From NCBI GenBank assembly GCA_009914755.4, contig CP086569.2, forward strand, positions 14,880,001 to 14,944,000: DNA of 64,000 nucleotides. The letters are read 5' to 3'. Each line of letters begins with the position of its first letter. Within the stretch, counting starts at the first letter, position 1. The stretch comes from the human T2T-CHM13v2.0 reference genome, Homo sapiens. The position numbers and the translations under genes were made by a program. The notes beneath the pieces are model-generated. The model saw only the letters and a list, made by a program, of their open reading frames with translations. It was not told where the DNA came from and ran no database searches. Of this stretch, positions 27,040 through 40,080 are shown in pieces.

Positions 27040-28281
27040 AAATTTTTTAGTATCTATTGATCATTCTTGGGTGTTTCTCAGAGAGGGGGATTTGGCAGGG
27101 TCATAGGACAATAGTGGAGAGAAGGTCAGCAGATAAACATATGAACAAAGGTCTCTGGTTTTCCTAGGCAGAGGACCCTGCGGGCTTCCGCAGTGTTTGT
27201 GCACCTGGGTACTTGAGATTAGGGAGTGGTGATGACTCTTAACGAGCATGCCACCTTCAAGCATCTGTTTAACAAAGCACATCTTGCACCGCCCTTAATC
27301 CATTTAACCCTGAGTGGACACAGCACCTGTTTCAGAGAGCACGGGGTTGGGGGTAAGGTCATAGATTAACAGCATCCCAAGGCAGAAGAATTTTTCTTAG
27401 TACAGAAGAACAAAATGAAGTCCCCTATGTCTACTTCTTTTTACACAGACACAGTAACAATCTGATCTCTCTTTCTTTTCCCCACATTTCCCCCTTTTCT
27501 ATTCGACAAAACCGCCATCGTCATCATGGCCCGTTTTCAATGGGCTGTTGGGTACACCTCCCAGATGGGGTGGCCGCCGGGCAGAGGGGCTCCTCACTTC
27601 TCAGACGGGGTGGCCGGGCGGAGATGCTCCTCACCTCCCAGACGGGGTGGCGGTGGGGCAGAGACACTCCTCACTTCCTAGACGGGGTGGCGGCCGGGAA
27701 GAGGCGCTCCTCACTTCCCAGACTGGGCGGCCGGGCAGAGGGGCTCCTCACATCCCAGACGATGGGTGGCCAGGCAGAGATGCTCCTCACTTCCTAGACC
27801 GGGTGGCTGCCGGGCAGAGGCTGCAATCTCAGCACTTCGGGAGGCCAAGGCAGGCGGCTGGGAGGTGGGGGTTGTAGCGAGCCAAGATCATGCCACTGCA
27901 CTCCAGCCTGGGCAACATTGAGCACTGAGTGAGCGAGACTCCGTCTGCAACCCCGGCACCTCGGGAGGCCGAGGCGGGCAGATCACTCCAGGTCAGGAGC
28001 TGGAGACCAGCCCGGCAAACACGGGGAAACCCGGTCTCCACCAAAAAATACAAAAACCAGTCAGGCGTGGCGGCGCGTGCCTGCAATCCCAGGCACTCAG
28101 CAGGCTGAGGCAGGAGAATCAGGCAGGGAGGTTGCAGTGAGCCGAGATGGCGGCAGTACAGTCCAGCCTTGGCAACAGAAGGAGACTGTGGAAAGCGGGA
28201 GACAGAGATGAGGGAGAGGGGGAGACCGTGGAAAGCGGGAGAAGGAGATGACGGAGAGGAGGGAGAGGGAGAGGGAGAGCC
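27040..28281 (-). mobile_element. SVA retrotransposon (short VNTR), antisense: SINE-R at 27050-27540, VNTR/Alu-like at 27540-28200, CCCTCT hexamers (as GGGAGA) at 28200-28281
   Basis: Reverse complements of the SINE-R 3' end (cccaagaatgatcaata), of VNTR units (cctcacttcccagacggggtggc...gggcagagg), of the antisense Alu-like region and of the (CCCTCT)n 5' end are all recognisable. The ORFs 27540-28323 are artefacts of this element. Confidence 0.75.
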
Positions 28282-29015
28282 ATCTCTTTTAGGCATTAAA
28301 CTTGTTTTATCCACAGAAGACACACACTCAAAGTAAATTGTGTGTTTTCAACCTCAGCATTACTGAAATGTGTACTGGATTGTCTTTGTCCTGAGAGGGC
28401 TGTCTTCTGCATCATAGGATGTTAGCAGAATCTCTGGCACCTACCAACTAAATGCCAGTTGCACCCCCACCCTCAATCCTGACAAACAAAAATTTCTCCA
28501 AACATTGTCAAATACCCTTCTGGGGTATGGAGCTGGGGTGTGTGTGTGTAAAATTGTCCCTGGTTAAGAACAACTGAAGGAAATTTTAGAGTATTTACAT
28601 AATTTTAAAGACTTCCAATTAAGTAAACATGGATGCAATTATAGATTATAATAGATTTCTAGTAGGGTAGAATTGTCAACATTTACATTATTAGAAGTAT
28701 TAGGTGTTACAAATGTCAGGAGAAAAGACCAGATAGGGTTACATTTTAAATATTTCTGAAGATATATTTTATAGCATAATATATATTAAAATAGATGATA
28801 CGGGACTAAGCATTATTGTTAAATTCAATCATAGTTTGGACAAAATGTAGTCCTTTTTCATGTCAGTTAAGCAAGTTGACTCATCTATGAATAGATTTTG
28901 ACAAGATTTCTTGTCAAATACAAGAATGAATCCTATGGGACTGCAGTCATCAAGATTGCAGTTGTTATAACTGGTCAAAAAAACACTCATTCCAGATAAG
29001 AATTTCAGTGGGAAT

Positions 29016-29213
29016 ATGTGTGTGTGTGTGTGTGTGTGTGTATGTATATTTATATACATATAAATATATATAAATATATACACATATAAATATATATAAA
29101 TATATACACATATAAATATATATAAATATATACACATATAAATATATATAAATATATACACATATAAATATATAAATATATGCATATAAATATATAAATA
29201 TATATACATATAA

Positions 29214-29246
<33 letters not shown>

Positions 29247-29455
29247 AATATATATACTTATACACATATAAATATATATAATTATACACATATAAATATA
29301 TATAATTATACACATATAAATATATATAAATATATGTAAATATATATATTCATATACATATAAATATATGTAAATATATATTCATATACATATAAATATA
29401 TATTCATATACATATAAATATATAAATATTATATATATATATATATATTTTATAC
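29016..29455. repeat. (TG)n followed by ~16 copies of a ~26-bp AT-rich tandem unit (atataaatatatataaatatatacac)
   Basis: The periodicity is direct in the sequence. The ORFs 28829..29315 (MYIYLYIY...) are artefacts. Confidence 0.9.
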
Positions 29456-29958
29456 TCTAGGCGGCTTACATCAAATCAAGACTTGCTGGAGCTATATTGT
29501 AATGTGCCCAGTGCATATATACATTTTTTCAATCCTTTTCTATCAGATTGCCAGTGTGCATATTGAATTCTAAGCAACTTCAAATAATTCGATATGGGTG
29601 TATATTAACTACAAATATCCTATTTTTGGCAAACAAAGTCTTTTTACTGAATTTTCTGTGGGTGGTAGGGAGAGTTAGGAAATATAATTTCACACAATAT
29701 CTACTGGGTTAGTGGTTAGGTCAAAAAATTAAGCATAAGCAAAACCGGGTGCTTCGAAAGGATGGCAAAACATATTTGATGTGTTTTTTTGCCCATTTTG
29801 CAGGTATTTGTTTTATGACTGCTATTGAAATGCTTTCATTAATATTTTCTGGCAAAGCAAACACTTTGTTTTGGCAACATTTACTTGGCTTCTAAGGTTG
29901 CTATTATTCAATTGTTCGCTTAATAGAGGAAAAAACTGCTTCAGAGGTGCCTGATGGT

Positions 29959-30280
29959 ATTTATTTATTTATTTATTTATTTATTCATTTATTTATTTAT
30001 TTTTGAGATGGAGTCTCACTCTGTTGCCAGGCTGGAGGGCAGTGGCATGATTTCAACTCACTGCAACCTCTGCCTCCCGTGTTCAGGCAATTCTCCTGTC
30101 CCAGCCTCCTGCGTAGCTAGGACTATAGGCATGTGCCACCATGCCCAGCTAATTTTTGTATATTTAGTAGAAACAGGGTTTCACCATGTTGGCCAGGATT
30201 GTCTGGATCTCTTGACCGCATGATCCACCCACCTCGGCCCCTTAAAGTGATGTGCTTACAGGTGTGAGCCACCGCGCCCA
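29959..30280 (-). mobile_element. Alu (antisense) with an (ATTT)n-type tail
   Basis: The (tatt/ttta)n tract at 29959-30002 is followed by gagatggagtctcactctgttgccaggctggag...gtgagccaccgcgcccag. Confidence 0.85.
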
Positions 30281-32452
30281 GAATTTTTTTTTTTTTTTTT
30301 TTTTAGAACAAGTCTGTAGGGTTATGTGGAGCTATGGTTCAGGAATCAAATAAATACCTGAAGGAGCAGAATAAGCTCATCTGATTGGCAGGGAAGGGGA
30401 TAGCTCCTGGCAGAGGGTTCAGAATTCTTAAAAAAGAAGAATAAAAAGAAAACACAAAGAGCTTGAAGGTAAAAATTGGATGACAGCTATAGGCAGATAC
30501 AGACTAATGGAAGTAAGCAACAGAAGCAGATTCAAGGGAATTTGCAATTTCCCTTTGTTCTAGGTTTCTGTATTCCATATTTTTTTTTCCTCTGGCCCAC
30601 CTTACTGTCAGAAGCTATCACGAAAAGTCAGAAGCTAAGTTTGTGACGTAGATGTTGGTTAGACATAAATATAAGTTTCTGCTAAACTGGATTATGAATA
30701 CAGAAGAATTTGTCCTACAGACAAGAATAAAATCAACTTAATAGATTCTATGGCATGTCTGGAGAAAAGAAAATTTGGCAATTGCAATCTATCAATATAT
30801 GGCAAGCTGAATGTAAAAGTCAGGAAGTAAGGGATAGTAAGCTGAAATCTATGATCAAGATACAAGTGTTGGTAGTCCCTGAAGGACAAAGAAAACAGCA
30901 TGTTGAATTCTGAGTGACAAAGACCAGGAGGGTTTTCCATTTGGGTTGGATTCCTTGTTTCTTGCGGCTACATAAATTCTCCTATGACATAATCAAGGCT
31001 TATGGAGTAAAACAATCAGTACAGCAAAGGCCAGGAGAAAAAGAAATATTCCATCTAGAGACAGATTGTAGGGATATGGGGAAAAATACAAAGTTTTATT
31101 TTGTTAACAATCTTTATTGCTTATGCAGTTGACTCAAAAAAAAAAAAAAAAAAAAAAGTTAAGATCACCTTCCACTCACAGCATCTCCGCATCAATTTGT
31201 GGAGTCTAAAAAGGAAACCCAGTTTATATCCAAGTGTGGGTCTTGATACCTACAAATTTTATTAGCTTTATTCAGAAAATTAACAAATAAAACTTCCACT
31301 GTGAGAAGCTTCCATCTTATAACCTGGAGAGACATAAATATAATTAGTAAACTTTTGTTTCCAAAGCAAGTGTGTTTGTGTTTCCCAAGCAAGATTGGCT
31401 GTTCCCTCCATCCACTGAAAGAACAATCTGTTTACCCCCACTTGGCTTTCTTGCTTTTAACTTCCCTGGGACCTGCCCATGCTAAACTTACCCCAAAGTG
31501 GGTGGTTTGCACAAGAACCGAGGTCAGTGGCCCTCAGTCACAGCGCTACTGACATTTGGAGCTGGATCATCCTCTGTGGTGGGATTGTCTTGGGCCTTGT
31601 GAATATTTTGCAGCATCCCTGGCCTCCATGCACTCGATGCCAGGAACATCACCCTCCCTGGTGACAACTAAAAATGCCTCCAGACGTTGCCTAATGTGCC
31701 CTGGGGGACAACGTCACCCCTGGGTGGGAACCACTGAGCTAGATTGATGCCCTCTGCATAGAAGGATTGTACTAATTCCACAGTGTGGGAGACTTGGCAA
31801 ATTATATCACAACAATTTATTGAAGATGTACACAGCACAATCACTCTAACATACTTTTATTGCCCAGTTAAAAATTCCTCCAGGGGTTGCTACAGATACC
31901 TATCTAGGCTGTTTGAACTCTACCTGACTAGGCATTCAAAATTAATGTGCCTCAAGATGTTACGATCAAACCAATTTGTTTGATCACTATCATTGATGTA
32001 AAGCTATTTGGACTTGAATAATATGTGTACCATATACATGCAGGTCAATTTTTAAAAATCTCAATCAGATTAAACAGTCTCACTCTGAAAAAAATATTTT
32101 TAAAGAAGATAATTGTCCCTTCAATATAGCTATTTATCCTTGCCTTTTTAAAAATAATGTGAAAAAACAAGAGTACTTTTTCCTCTAATGTAATATTTCT
32201 TCATTCACACTCCTAAACAAATTCAATTTCTTTGAATAGCAAGTATTTTTTTTTTACTGCAGACATAAAGGTTTACTTGTTTCCTAAGTTATTTGTAGTG
32301 ACTCTGAATATGTATTTTCAACAATGTATTAACAGAATATTTCTGGTTATTCAAAACTTATTTTTCTGACATCTTTTTAAATTCTCATTGATTTAATCCA
32401 TGTATAATATATTTTTAAAATTTTTGAAATACTCTTAATCTTAAGAATAATT

Positions 32453-32744
32453 GCGCCTGTAATCCCAGCGCTTTGGGAGGATGAGGCGGGTGGATCACGA
32501 GGTCAGGAGATCGAGACCATCCTGACTAACACGGTGAAACCCCGTCTGTACCAAGAATACAAAAAAAATTAGCCGGGCGTGGTGACGGGCGCCTGTAGTC
32601 CCAGCTACTCTGGAGGCTGAGGCAGGAGAATGGCGTGAACACGGGAGGCAGAGCTTGCAGTGAGCCGAGATGTGCCACTGCCCTCCACACTGGGCGACAG
32701 AGCGAGACTCCCACTCGGGGGGAAAAAAAAAAAAAAAAAAAAAA
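32453..32744 (+). mobile_element. Alu (sense) with an A22 tail
   Basis: gcctgtaatcccagcgctttgggagg...gcactgccctccacactgggcgacagagcgagactc plus poly(A). Confidence 0.9.
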
Positions 32745-32758
32745 GTGGGAGGATATTG

Positions 32759-33208
<450 letters not shown>

Positions 33209-33329
33209 TCAGAAACTTAAAACTTGGCATGTTAACTGCCACAGATCCCCTTCAAAGTTTGCCAGTTGTCCTCATAATGTCCCTCACAGTGGAAAGATTC
33301 AATAGGGAATCATGCATTGTATTTAGCTG

Positions 33330-33331
<2 letters not shown>

Positions 33332-33367
<36 letters not shown>
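33332..33367. repeat. Poly(T) tract (36 T here, 37 A in the mirror copy at 62656..62692)
   Basis: Homopolymer counted directly. The length difference explains the different ORF framing between arms (145+107 aa versus 243 aa). Confidence 0.9.
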
Positions 33368-33368
<1 letters not shown>

Positions 33369-33764
33369 TGGTGGGGGGATGTCTCTTTTAATCTGAAATT
33401 GTCTCTTAGCCTTTCTTGGACTGTCATGACCTTGATGTTTTTGAAGGTTTCATGCCTGTTAGTTTGCCTCGTCATTTTTTCTTGTGTTTGCTCATCATTA
33501 GATTTGGATTATGCATATGTAGCAGGAACACTACAAATGTCATTCTGTGTTCTTTGCCCTGCATCCCGTCTGGTGGTAGATTTGTCTCCTGGCTTGTCCA
33601 TCTTGATCACTTCATTAGGGCAGAGTATTCCAAGTTTTTCTGTAGTAATCAACAGAACTTTGTACAGAGGTACTTTGGTATCCATGTAAATATTACATTC
33701 CTCGTCAAATTTGTACCCATATTGTACACAAATATCTATTGATATTTCTTTTTCTCTCTCTCTC

Positions 33765-34034
33765 TTTTTTTTTTTTTTAAGGCAGGGTCTTGCTCTCTTG
33801 CCCAGGCTGAAGTACAGAGGTGCAATCATAGCTCATTGCAGCCTCCAACTCCTAGGATCAACTGATCCTCCTACCTCAGCCTCCTGAGTAGCTGGGACTA
33901 CAGGGACAGTCATCAGGCCCAGCTAATTTTTAATTGTCTTTGCAGAGATCAGGTCTTGCCGCATTTCCCAGGCTGCTCTTGAACTCCTGGCCTCAAGCAA
34001 TTCTCCCACCTCAGCCTCCCAAAGTGCCGGGCAT
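33765..34034 (-). mobile_element. Alu (antisense, diverged/older) with a (TC)n/poly(T) tail
   Basis: ggcagggtcttgctctcttgcccaggctgaagtacagaggtgcaatcatagctcattgcagcctc...cctcccaaagtgccgggcatt. Confidence 0.85.
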
Positions 34035-34723
34035 TAATATTTCTTGAATGAATTATTATAGTTATCATTATGAAATAGCAATATTCTAATTCCACCATTT
34101 CTTCTACATTCTATCAATTGACATTGCACAGTAACGTATAACCTGGGCTCATAGAGTCCTTTTATTAAACAGGTTATAATCTATTTCTGTCATTATTTAT
34201 TTTTATTTGATGCTTATTTCTTGTTGAATCCATGCAACTATTTACTGATCCATTATTTTGGGCATTCACTCTTTTTTTAGGCAGTCCCTCTCTTACATTT
34301 TTCCTGTCACTTTTTCACCTTCACTTGTCTCTTCTAGATTTTAAACGTGTGTATCTTGCAAGATTAATGTTGTGCATCTCTTCTGATTCCATGAGACTTC
34401 CTTTATTCAATGGGTGAATAAATGTCCAAGGCTCCCACTGGGTTTTTCTAAGCAATCTGGTTCAGCCTTTGGAGCTGTTTAATGACCTGGCCACCTCAGC
34501 TTCAGCATCTCAGAAAAGTTCCAAGATGTGAAGGAATCTTATTACATGCAAGTTCTCACCTTGCCATATTTTGACTTTTTCTGCCATTTAAACAACACAA
34601 TGGTCACTGCCAAGGGGGTCCAGCATTCTGAGCTATCACACATTCACCCCAGGCAGGCCAACCTTGGATTGCATTACTTGTCATGCCGTTAATGCAAAGA
34701 TTAACATAGTGACAGCTGCCATT

Positions 34724-34727
34724 CTTT

Positions 34728-34775
<48 letters not shown>

Positions 34776-34792
34776 TTCTTTTTTTTTTAATG
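34724..34792. repeat. (CTTT)n microsatellite (mirror (GAAA)n at 61236..61300)
   Basis: About 15 tandem tetranucleotides. Confidence 0.95.
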
Positions 34793-37174
34793 GTTGGAGC
34801 ATTATCTGAAGCAAATATGTTCCCACGCAGCTGCTGTATCTATGATTACACTTTCATTTTGATAATGACAAGCTTTTGAATAAAAGTGCTGGTGAGTTTC
34901 TTGAAAACAGTTACAGTAACAGAGTTGAACATTTATTCACATTATTTCCAAATTTGCAAAAGAGGAGAGTAACTAATTTATTTATCTATCCTCCTACTTC
35001 TCTTTGTAGCAGAGGAATTCACACTTATGTACCAATAATAGCTCATCATCCTCCCTGCTAAACTTAACTTGCATTCTACGCATAGAATGCATTCACTTAA
35101 CTTACATTCTACTCATACTGATTTTAAAAATATGACCTTTTAGTTTTCTGTGGAAAGTCAAATCTTCTCTATAAACAGCACACAATAGGTAGAAAACCTA
35201 ATTTCCGATTTAAAATATTTCAGTCTCTTGCTAAGCAAGTTCCTTTCAGTTTATACATCTGCTCTAGTAAAGTGGAATTTCTTATCACCCCTGTTTTAAG
35301 CAATCACTTATGGGTACCTTAGACCCTTTGGGTAGATGCTCAGCTGGTGAGAGCCCTACTCACCTTCCTCTTCCCCAAGATGGTGGATAAGTTTATGAAG
35401 GTGTCACTTTGTACAATGGGATGGGGGCCCTGGGCTCTCTCTGGTCCCTGTATGTGCATGGCTTGTTCCCTCTGTGTGGGGTTTGTCTCCATCCAGCCAC
35501 AAAACTCCTCCATTTGATATGCAGTTTTTGCCTTGGAATATTTCTTAGTTTTGTCTCTTCTAGCATGTTGGAGGTCTAATGGTCTTTCCCTATGGACTTA
35601 GCCCCACTTGAGCTCTTGCTGCTACTAGATGTCTGGTGGCGACTCCTCTTCCATTGCTAGCCCCTGCATTCTGCTCTGCCTCTGGTTGTTAGCAGGCAAC
35701 TCCGCCTGCAGCAACCCCGTGGGAAGTCCACCAGTCTGTACTGCCTGCCAACTGTACTTCTCCCCAGTGATACAGGGAGTAGAATCTTCTGCTAACACAG
35801 ACATACATACTGCCTCCACAGGTGGCCACCCTCGTTGCTGTGGGACATCTGTGCAAATGTCTTCTCCCACTTTCCAAAAGAGCAAGCAGCACTCCACCCA
35901 CCAGTGTGACTCTCAACCCATGTAAACTCATCTCAGCGGTACCCCAAGGAAGGAGATCAAGTTATATGCTCCTACTGTCAGTTTTACTCTCATCCACATC
36001 TTCTTCCTGCATGTCCCTGGTTTGGAAGAAACAGCTTGTTTTTTTGTCCAACATCAGTGATTCTTAAACTTGACTGTACCAGGGAAGCTTTTAAAAAATG
36101 CTGATGTTTGGGTCATGCAGATTCTCAGTCACTGTTCGGGGTATGTCCTACATGAAATAGTGTTTTGCAAATCATTTCCAACATGCAGCCAGGATTACAA
36201 AACATTACCTTGTATCCTGAGTTCTCTTTACTCTTGGCATAACATTGAAATCTGTTATATCTTGTGTATGTGTGTGCCCGTGTGTATGTCTATGTGTGTG
36301 CATGTAGAGAAAGAGAGAGAAACTGTGTGTGTGGCCTCATAATAGGTTAAATCTTAAAGGTTACAATCTGGGAAATTTTGACTTAAAGAATCCTTTTGTC
36401 TCTCTCAACAAATTATGGTCTTTACAGCTGTTGTCTCTAAAGAAAGAAAGAAAAAAAAACCCCTGTGCTTGTCAATAGCTCAACACGGCCTCTTTATTTC
36501 CCTTTGCACTTTACTCAGTAGCTCGATATTCTGCATTTTGTAGCAATAGTTCAGAAGCCACTCTCTCTGCCTTAGGCCTCTGGATACCTCAGAATGCCTC
36601 AGGATGCCTAGCGAGAAGGATATGCTCACAGAAATGCAAAAACGGAAGCACATCAGTAAAGTTTGCAAAATATGACCTTTGCATCACTGCTATTATCCTC
36701 CTCACAGCAAATGAGGCACTTCTAAGTGAAGATTACATTTACTGAGCCACATAAACCAAGGGTTATAAAGTATGAAATATGGAACCAATAGGGAAAGAAA
36801 TTTATTTTTAGAGAGACAAAGGGACTTGCCCAAGGTAGCACAATTATGTAAGGATCTAACCAAAGGCACCATTTCCGTGGAGGTCAGGAAGCAGCTCTGT
36901 GGGAGTAGGGCCAGGAGGTTAAAATCCAAGTGGCTTAAAGGTAATGTAGTAGCTTTCAATAGAATGTAGAAAGAACAAAGAGCAGGGCCTGTTTTCTCTC
37001 CTTCTTGATACCTCTACGAGGCTATTACTGCAGCCTAATGATCCAAGAGTCAATAAGAACGAGGGATGGAGTTTCTGCCTGTTCTGTCATTATTAAGTTT
37101 TTATTCACCAAAGTGTTATTGATAACTATCTTTTGGAACTATGGCTCAACAAACGATGAAAGCAGCCTAGGTGA

Positions 37175-37400
37175 AGTGGATCATGCCTGTAATCCCAGTG
37201 CTTTGAGGTGGGAGGATCACTTGAGGGTAGGAGTTCAAGATCAGCCTGGGCAACACAGGCTGAAGTGGGAGGATTGCTTGAACCCAGGAGTTCAAGGCTG
37301 CAGTGGGTCTTCATTGCACGGCTCTACTCCAGCATGGGTGACAGAGCAACATCTGTCTTTGAACACACAAGGAAGTAAAAAAGAAAAAAGAAAACAAATA
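37175..37400 (+). mobile_element. Alu-like (FLAM/old monomeric Alu) fragment
   Basis: gatcatgcctgtaatcccagtgctttgaggtgggaggatcacttgag...ctccagcatgggtgacagagcaacatctgtc. The 153-aa ORF 37005..37466 is derived from it. Confidence 0.7.
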
Positions 37401-38800
37401 TACACATGGATAAGTATAAATGCTAATGATAAACTGACTTATCAATATTTTGTTTCACATGAGTGATATTTTCACAGCCACTGGATTACTTATTAGTGGT
37501 TCTAAACCAGAGGTGATTTTGCCCTCCCAGGGGGCATTTAGCAGTATCTGGAGGCATTTCACATTTTATGGTACTTTTCATGTTTCCTAAAGCTTTTGAA
37601 AAACTGACCTTCTTAATTGACTACTTATGATGCTTTCAATATTCAAATTGTTCAATTGTAATTCAACTTTCTCCGTTTCACTGTTTATTTGCTCTTCTCT
37701 GACCTTCACGATTTTGGCAAAGTTAAAAACTTGTGTTGGGTCACAGACCACTAAGATAGAGGTCTGAGCCTAATTATTATTAACTTATTGGTTGCAGAAA
37801 CAGCTCTTGTATTGACACTAGCTAGATTTATTTTATTTAATTATTTTGGAATGTGCAAATATTATGCAGTCGATGTGCCTCAGAGGATTATTTTCTTTCA
37901 CTTTTTAAAGTAAAACTAGAAGTTGATATTTTAGCATTCAATATTCTTCACTTTGGGGGACAGATGAACTTCAAAATAAAACATGAAGAGCAACTGTACT
38001 CTAAGGAAAAAACAGCTACATCCAAACTAGGCAAGAATGTTCTATAGTGGAATATTTTATGCTGTAGAGAATATTTTACAAGTCATAGCAATGGATTGTG
38101 CACACACCTTTATCTTGCCAGAAATGCACTTTATGACTTCTTTTCTTATTCCAAAAGGATAGTAATACCTGATCATCTTCTACTCAATTTTGAAAACATT
38201 TATGCTTTCAGGTACAGTTTTACCCAATATGTGGGCTGGGCTGGTTTCAAAAATATTCATATGGAGGTTGCTAATTATAGGATCTCGGGAACTTTTGCAA
38301 ATAAACACAGACACCTGAATTCAAGAAAAAAGGAAGCTGATTAGAAATAGAAGCCTATTTTAAGTAAAAGAGATTATCTTATGCAACCTGGGTGGGCCTG
38401 ACTTTACACTGAAAGGCCTTAAAAGCTAGTCTGAGGAGAAAGAAAGAAAAAAGATAGAGAAGGATGAGAGAGCAGAGAGAAAGAGGAAGAAGAGGAGAAA
38501 GAGGAGGAAGGAGAAATTCTACTTGTGGACAATAGTTTCAGCTTGTGCCTGTGAAGTTTAAGCCTGTTGGTGATCTTCCCCTCCTTACTAAGGTCTACAA
38601 TTACTTAAGTGAATTCCTGATAACAAATCAATCTATAGATAGACAGATATAATATGCAAATGTTTTAGCAGCTGTTCATACTTTATATCTGCAAAGTCCT
38701 TTCACAGCAACAACTAGATCGAATGACAGAAGACTGTAGCCTAGGCAACCTGACACACTAATACATGGCATGAGGCAAGAGAGAATGAGAGCCAAGCAAA

Positions 38801-38979
38801 AGGGGAAACCACTTTAAAACCACCAGAACTTGTGAGACTTATTACTATGAGAACAGTATGGAGAAACTGCCCCCATGATTCAATTATCTGCCACCGGCTC
38901 CCTCCCACAACACATGGGAATTATGGGAGCTATAAACTCAAGATGAGAATTGGGTGGGGGCACAGCCAAACCATATCAG
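38801..38979 (-). mobile_element. THE1-like LTR 5' fragment, antisense (mirror copy 57044..57222 +)
   Basis: ccccatgattcaattatctgccaccggctccctcccacaacacatgggaattatgggagctataaactcaagatgagaattgggtgggggcacagccaaaccatatcag is the reverse complement of the THE1 LTR start. Confidence 0.6.
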
Positions 38980-40080
38980 TATTTCAATTATAATTCTAAT
39001 TTTTATTTTCTGTTATTTAAAGATAAGACTGGCTACTATATATGCAATTTGTATTCTGCAATCATGCTAGATTTACTTAGTTATAGAAAGATTTATTTTG
39101 TCTTTAGGTTTGTTTTGCATTGGCGATTATATTATCTCAAATACAGATTATTTAATTTCTTCCTTTAAGAAAAAAAAGGGAGGAGCCAAGATGGCCGAAT
39201 AGGAACAGCTCCGGTCTACAGCTCCCAGCGTGAGCGGAGCAGAAGAGGGTGATTTCTGCATTTCCATCTGAGGTACCGGGTTCATCTCTCTAGGGAGTGC
39301 CAGACAGTGGGCACAGGTCAGTGAGTGTGCACACCATGCGCGAGCCGAAGCAGGGCGAGGCATTGCCTCACTTGGGAAGCCAAGGGGTCAGGGAGTTCCC
39401 TCTCTGAGTCAAAGAAAGGGGTGACAGAGGGCACATGGAAAATTGGGTCACTCCCACCCGAATACTGCGCTTTTCCAACGGGCTTAAAAAACGGCGCACC
39501 ACGAGATTATAACCCGCACCTGGCTCGGAGGGTCCTACGCCCACTGAGTCTCACTGATTGCTAGCACAGCAGTCTGAGATCAAACTGCAAGGCGGCAGCG
39601 AGGCTGGGGGAGGGGCGCCCGCCATTGCCCAGGCTTGCTTAGGTAAACAAAGCAGCCGGGAAGCTCGAACTGGGCGGACCCCACCACAGCTCAAGGAGGC
39701 CTGCCTGCCTCTGTAGGCTCCACCTCTGGGGGCAGGGCACAGACAAACAAAAAGACAGCAGTAACCTCTGCAGACTTAAATGTCCCTGTCTGACAGCTTT
39801 GAAGAGAGCAGTGGTTCTCCCAGCGCACAGCTGGAGATCTGAGAACGGGCAGACTGCCTTCTCAAGTGGGTCCCTGACCCCTGACCCCTGAGCAGCCTAA
39901 CTGGGAGGCAACCCCCAGCAGGGGAACACTGACACCTCACACGGCAGGGTATTCCAACAGACCTGCAGCTGAGGGTCCTGTCTGTTAGAAGGAAAACTAA
40001 CAAACAGAAAGGACATCCACACCAAAAACCCATCTGTATATCACCATCATCAAAGACCAAAAGTAGATAAAACCACAAAG

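Noticed and set aside
27540-28323. ORFs of 85, 109 and 164 aa rich in G/R/P/S
   Set aside because: They lie wholly within the antisense SVA (VNTR, Alu-like and hexamer regions).
28829-29315. ORFs encoding [14 protein letters not shown]...-type proteins
   Set aside because: They are translations of the 26-bp AT-rich tandem repeat and the (TG)n tract, not genes. The same applies to 10718..11072.
31141-31166. A24 tract as the tail of a processed pseudogene/retrocopy spanning ~30300..31166
   Set aside because: The upstream sequence shows no convincing coding frame or recognisable repeat family, and I could not identify a target-site duplication, so it is left unannotated.
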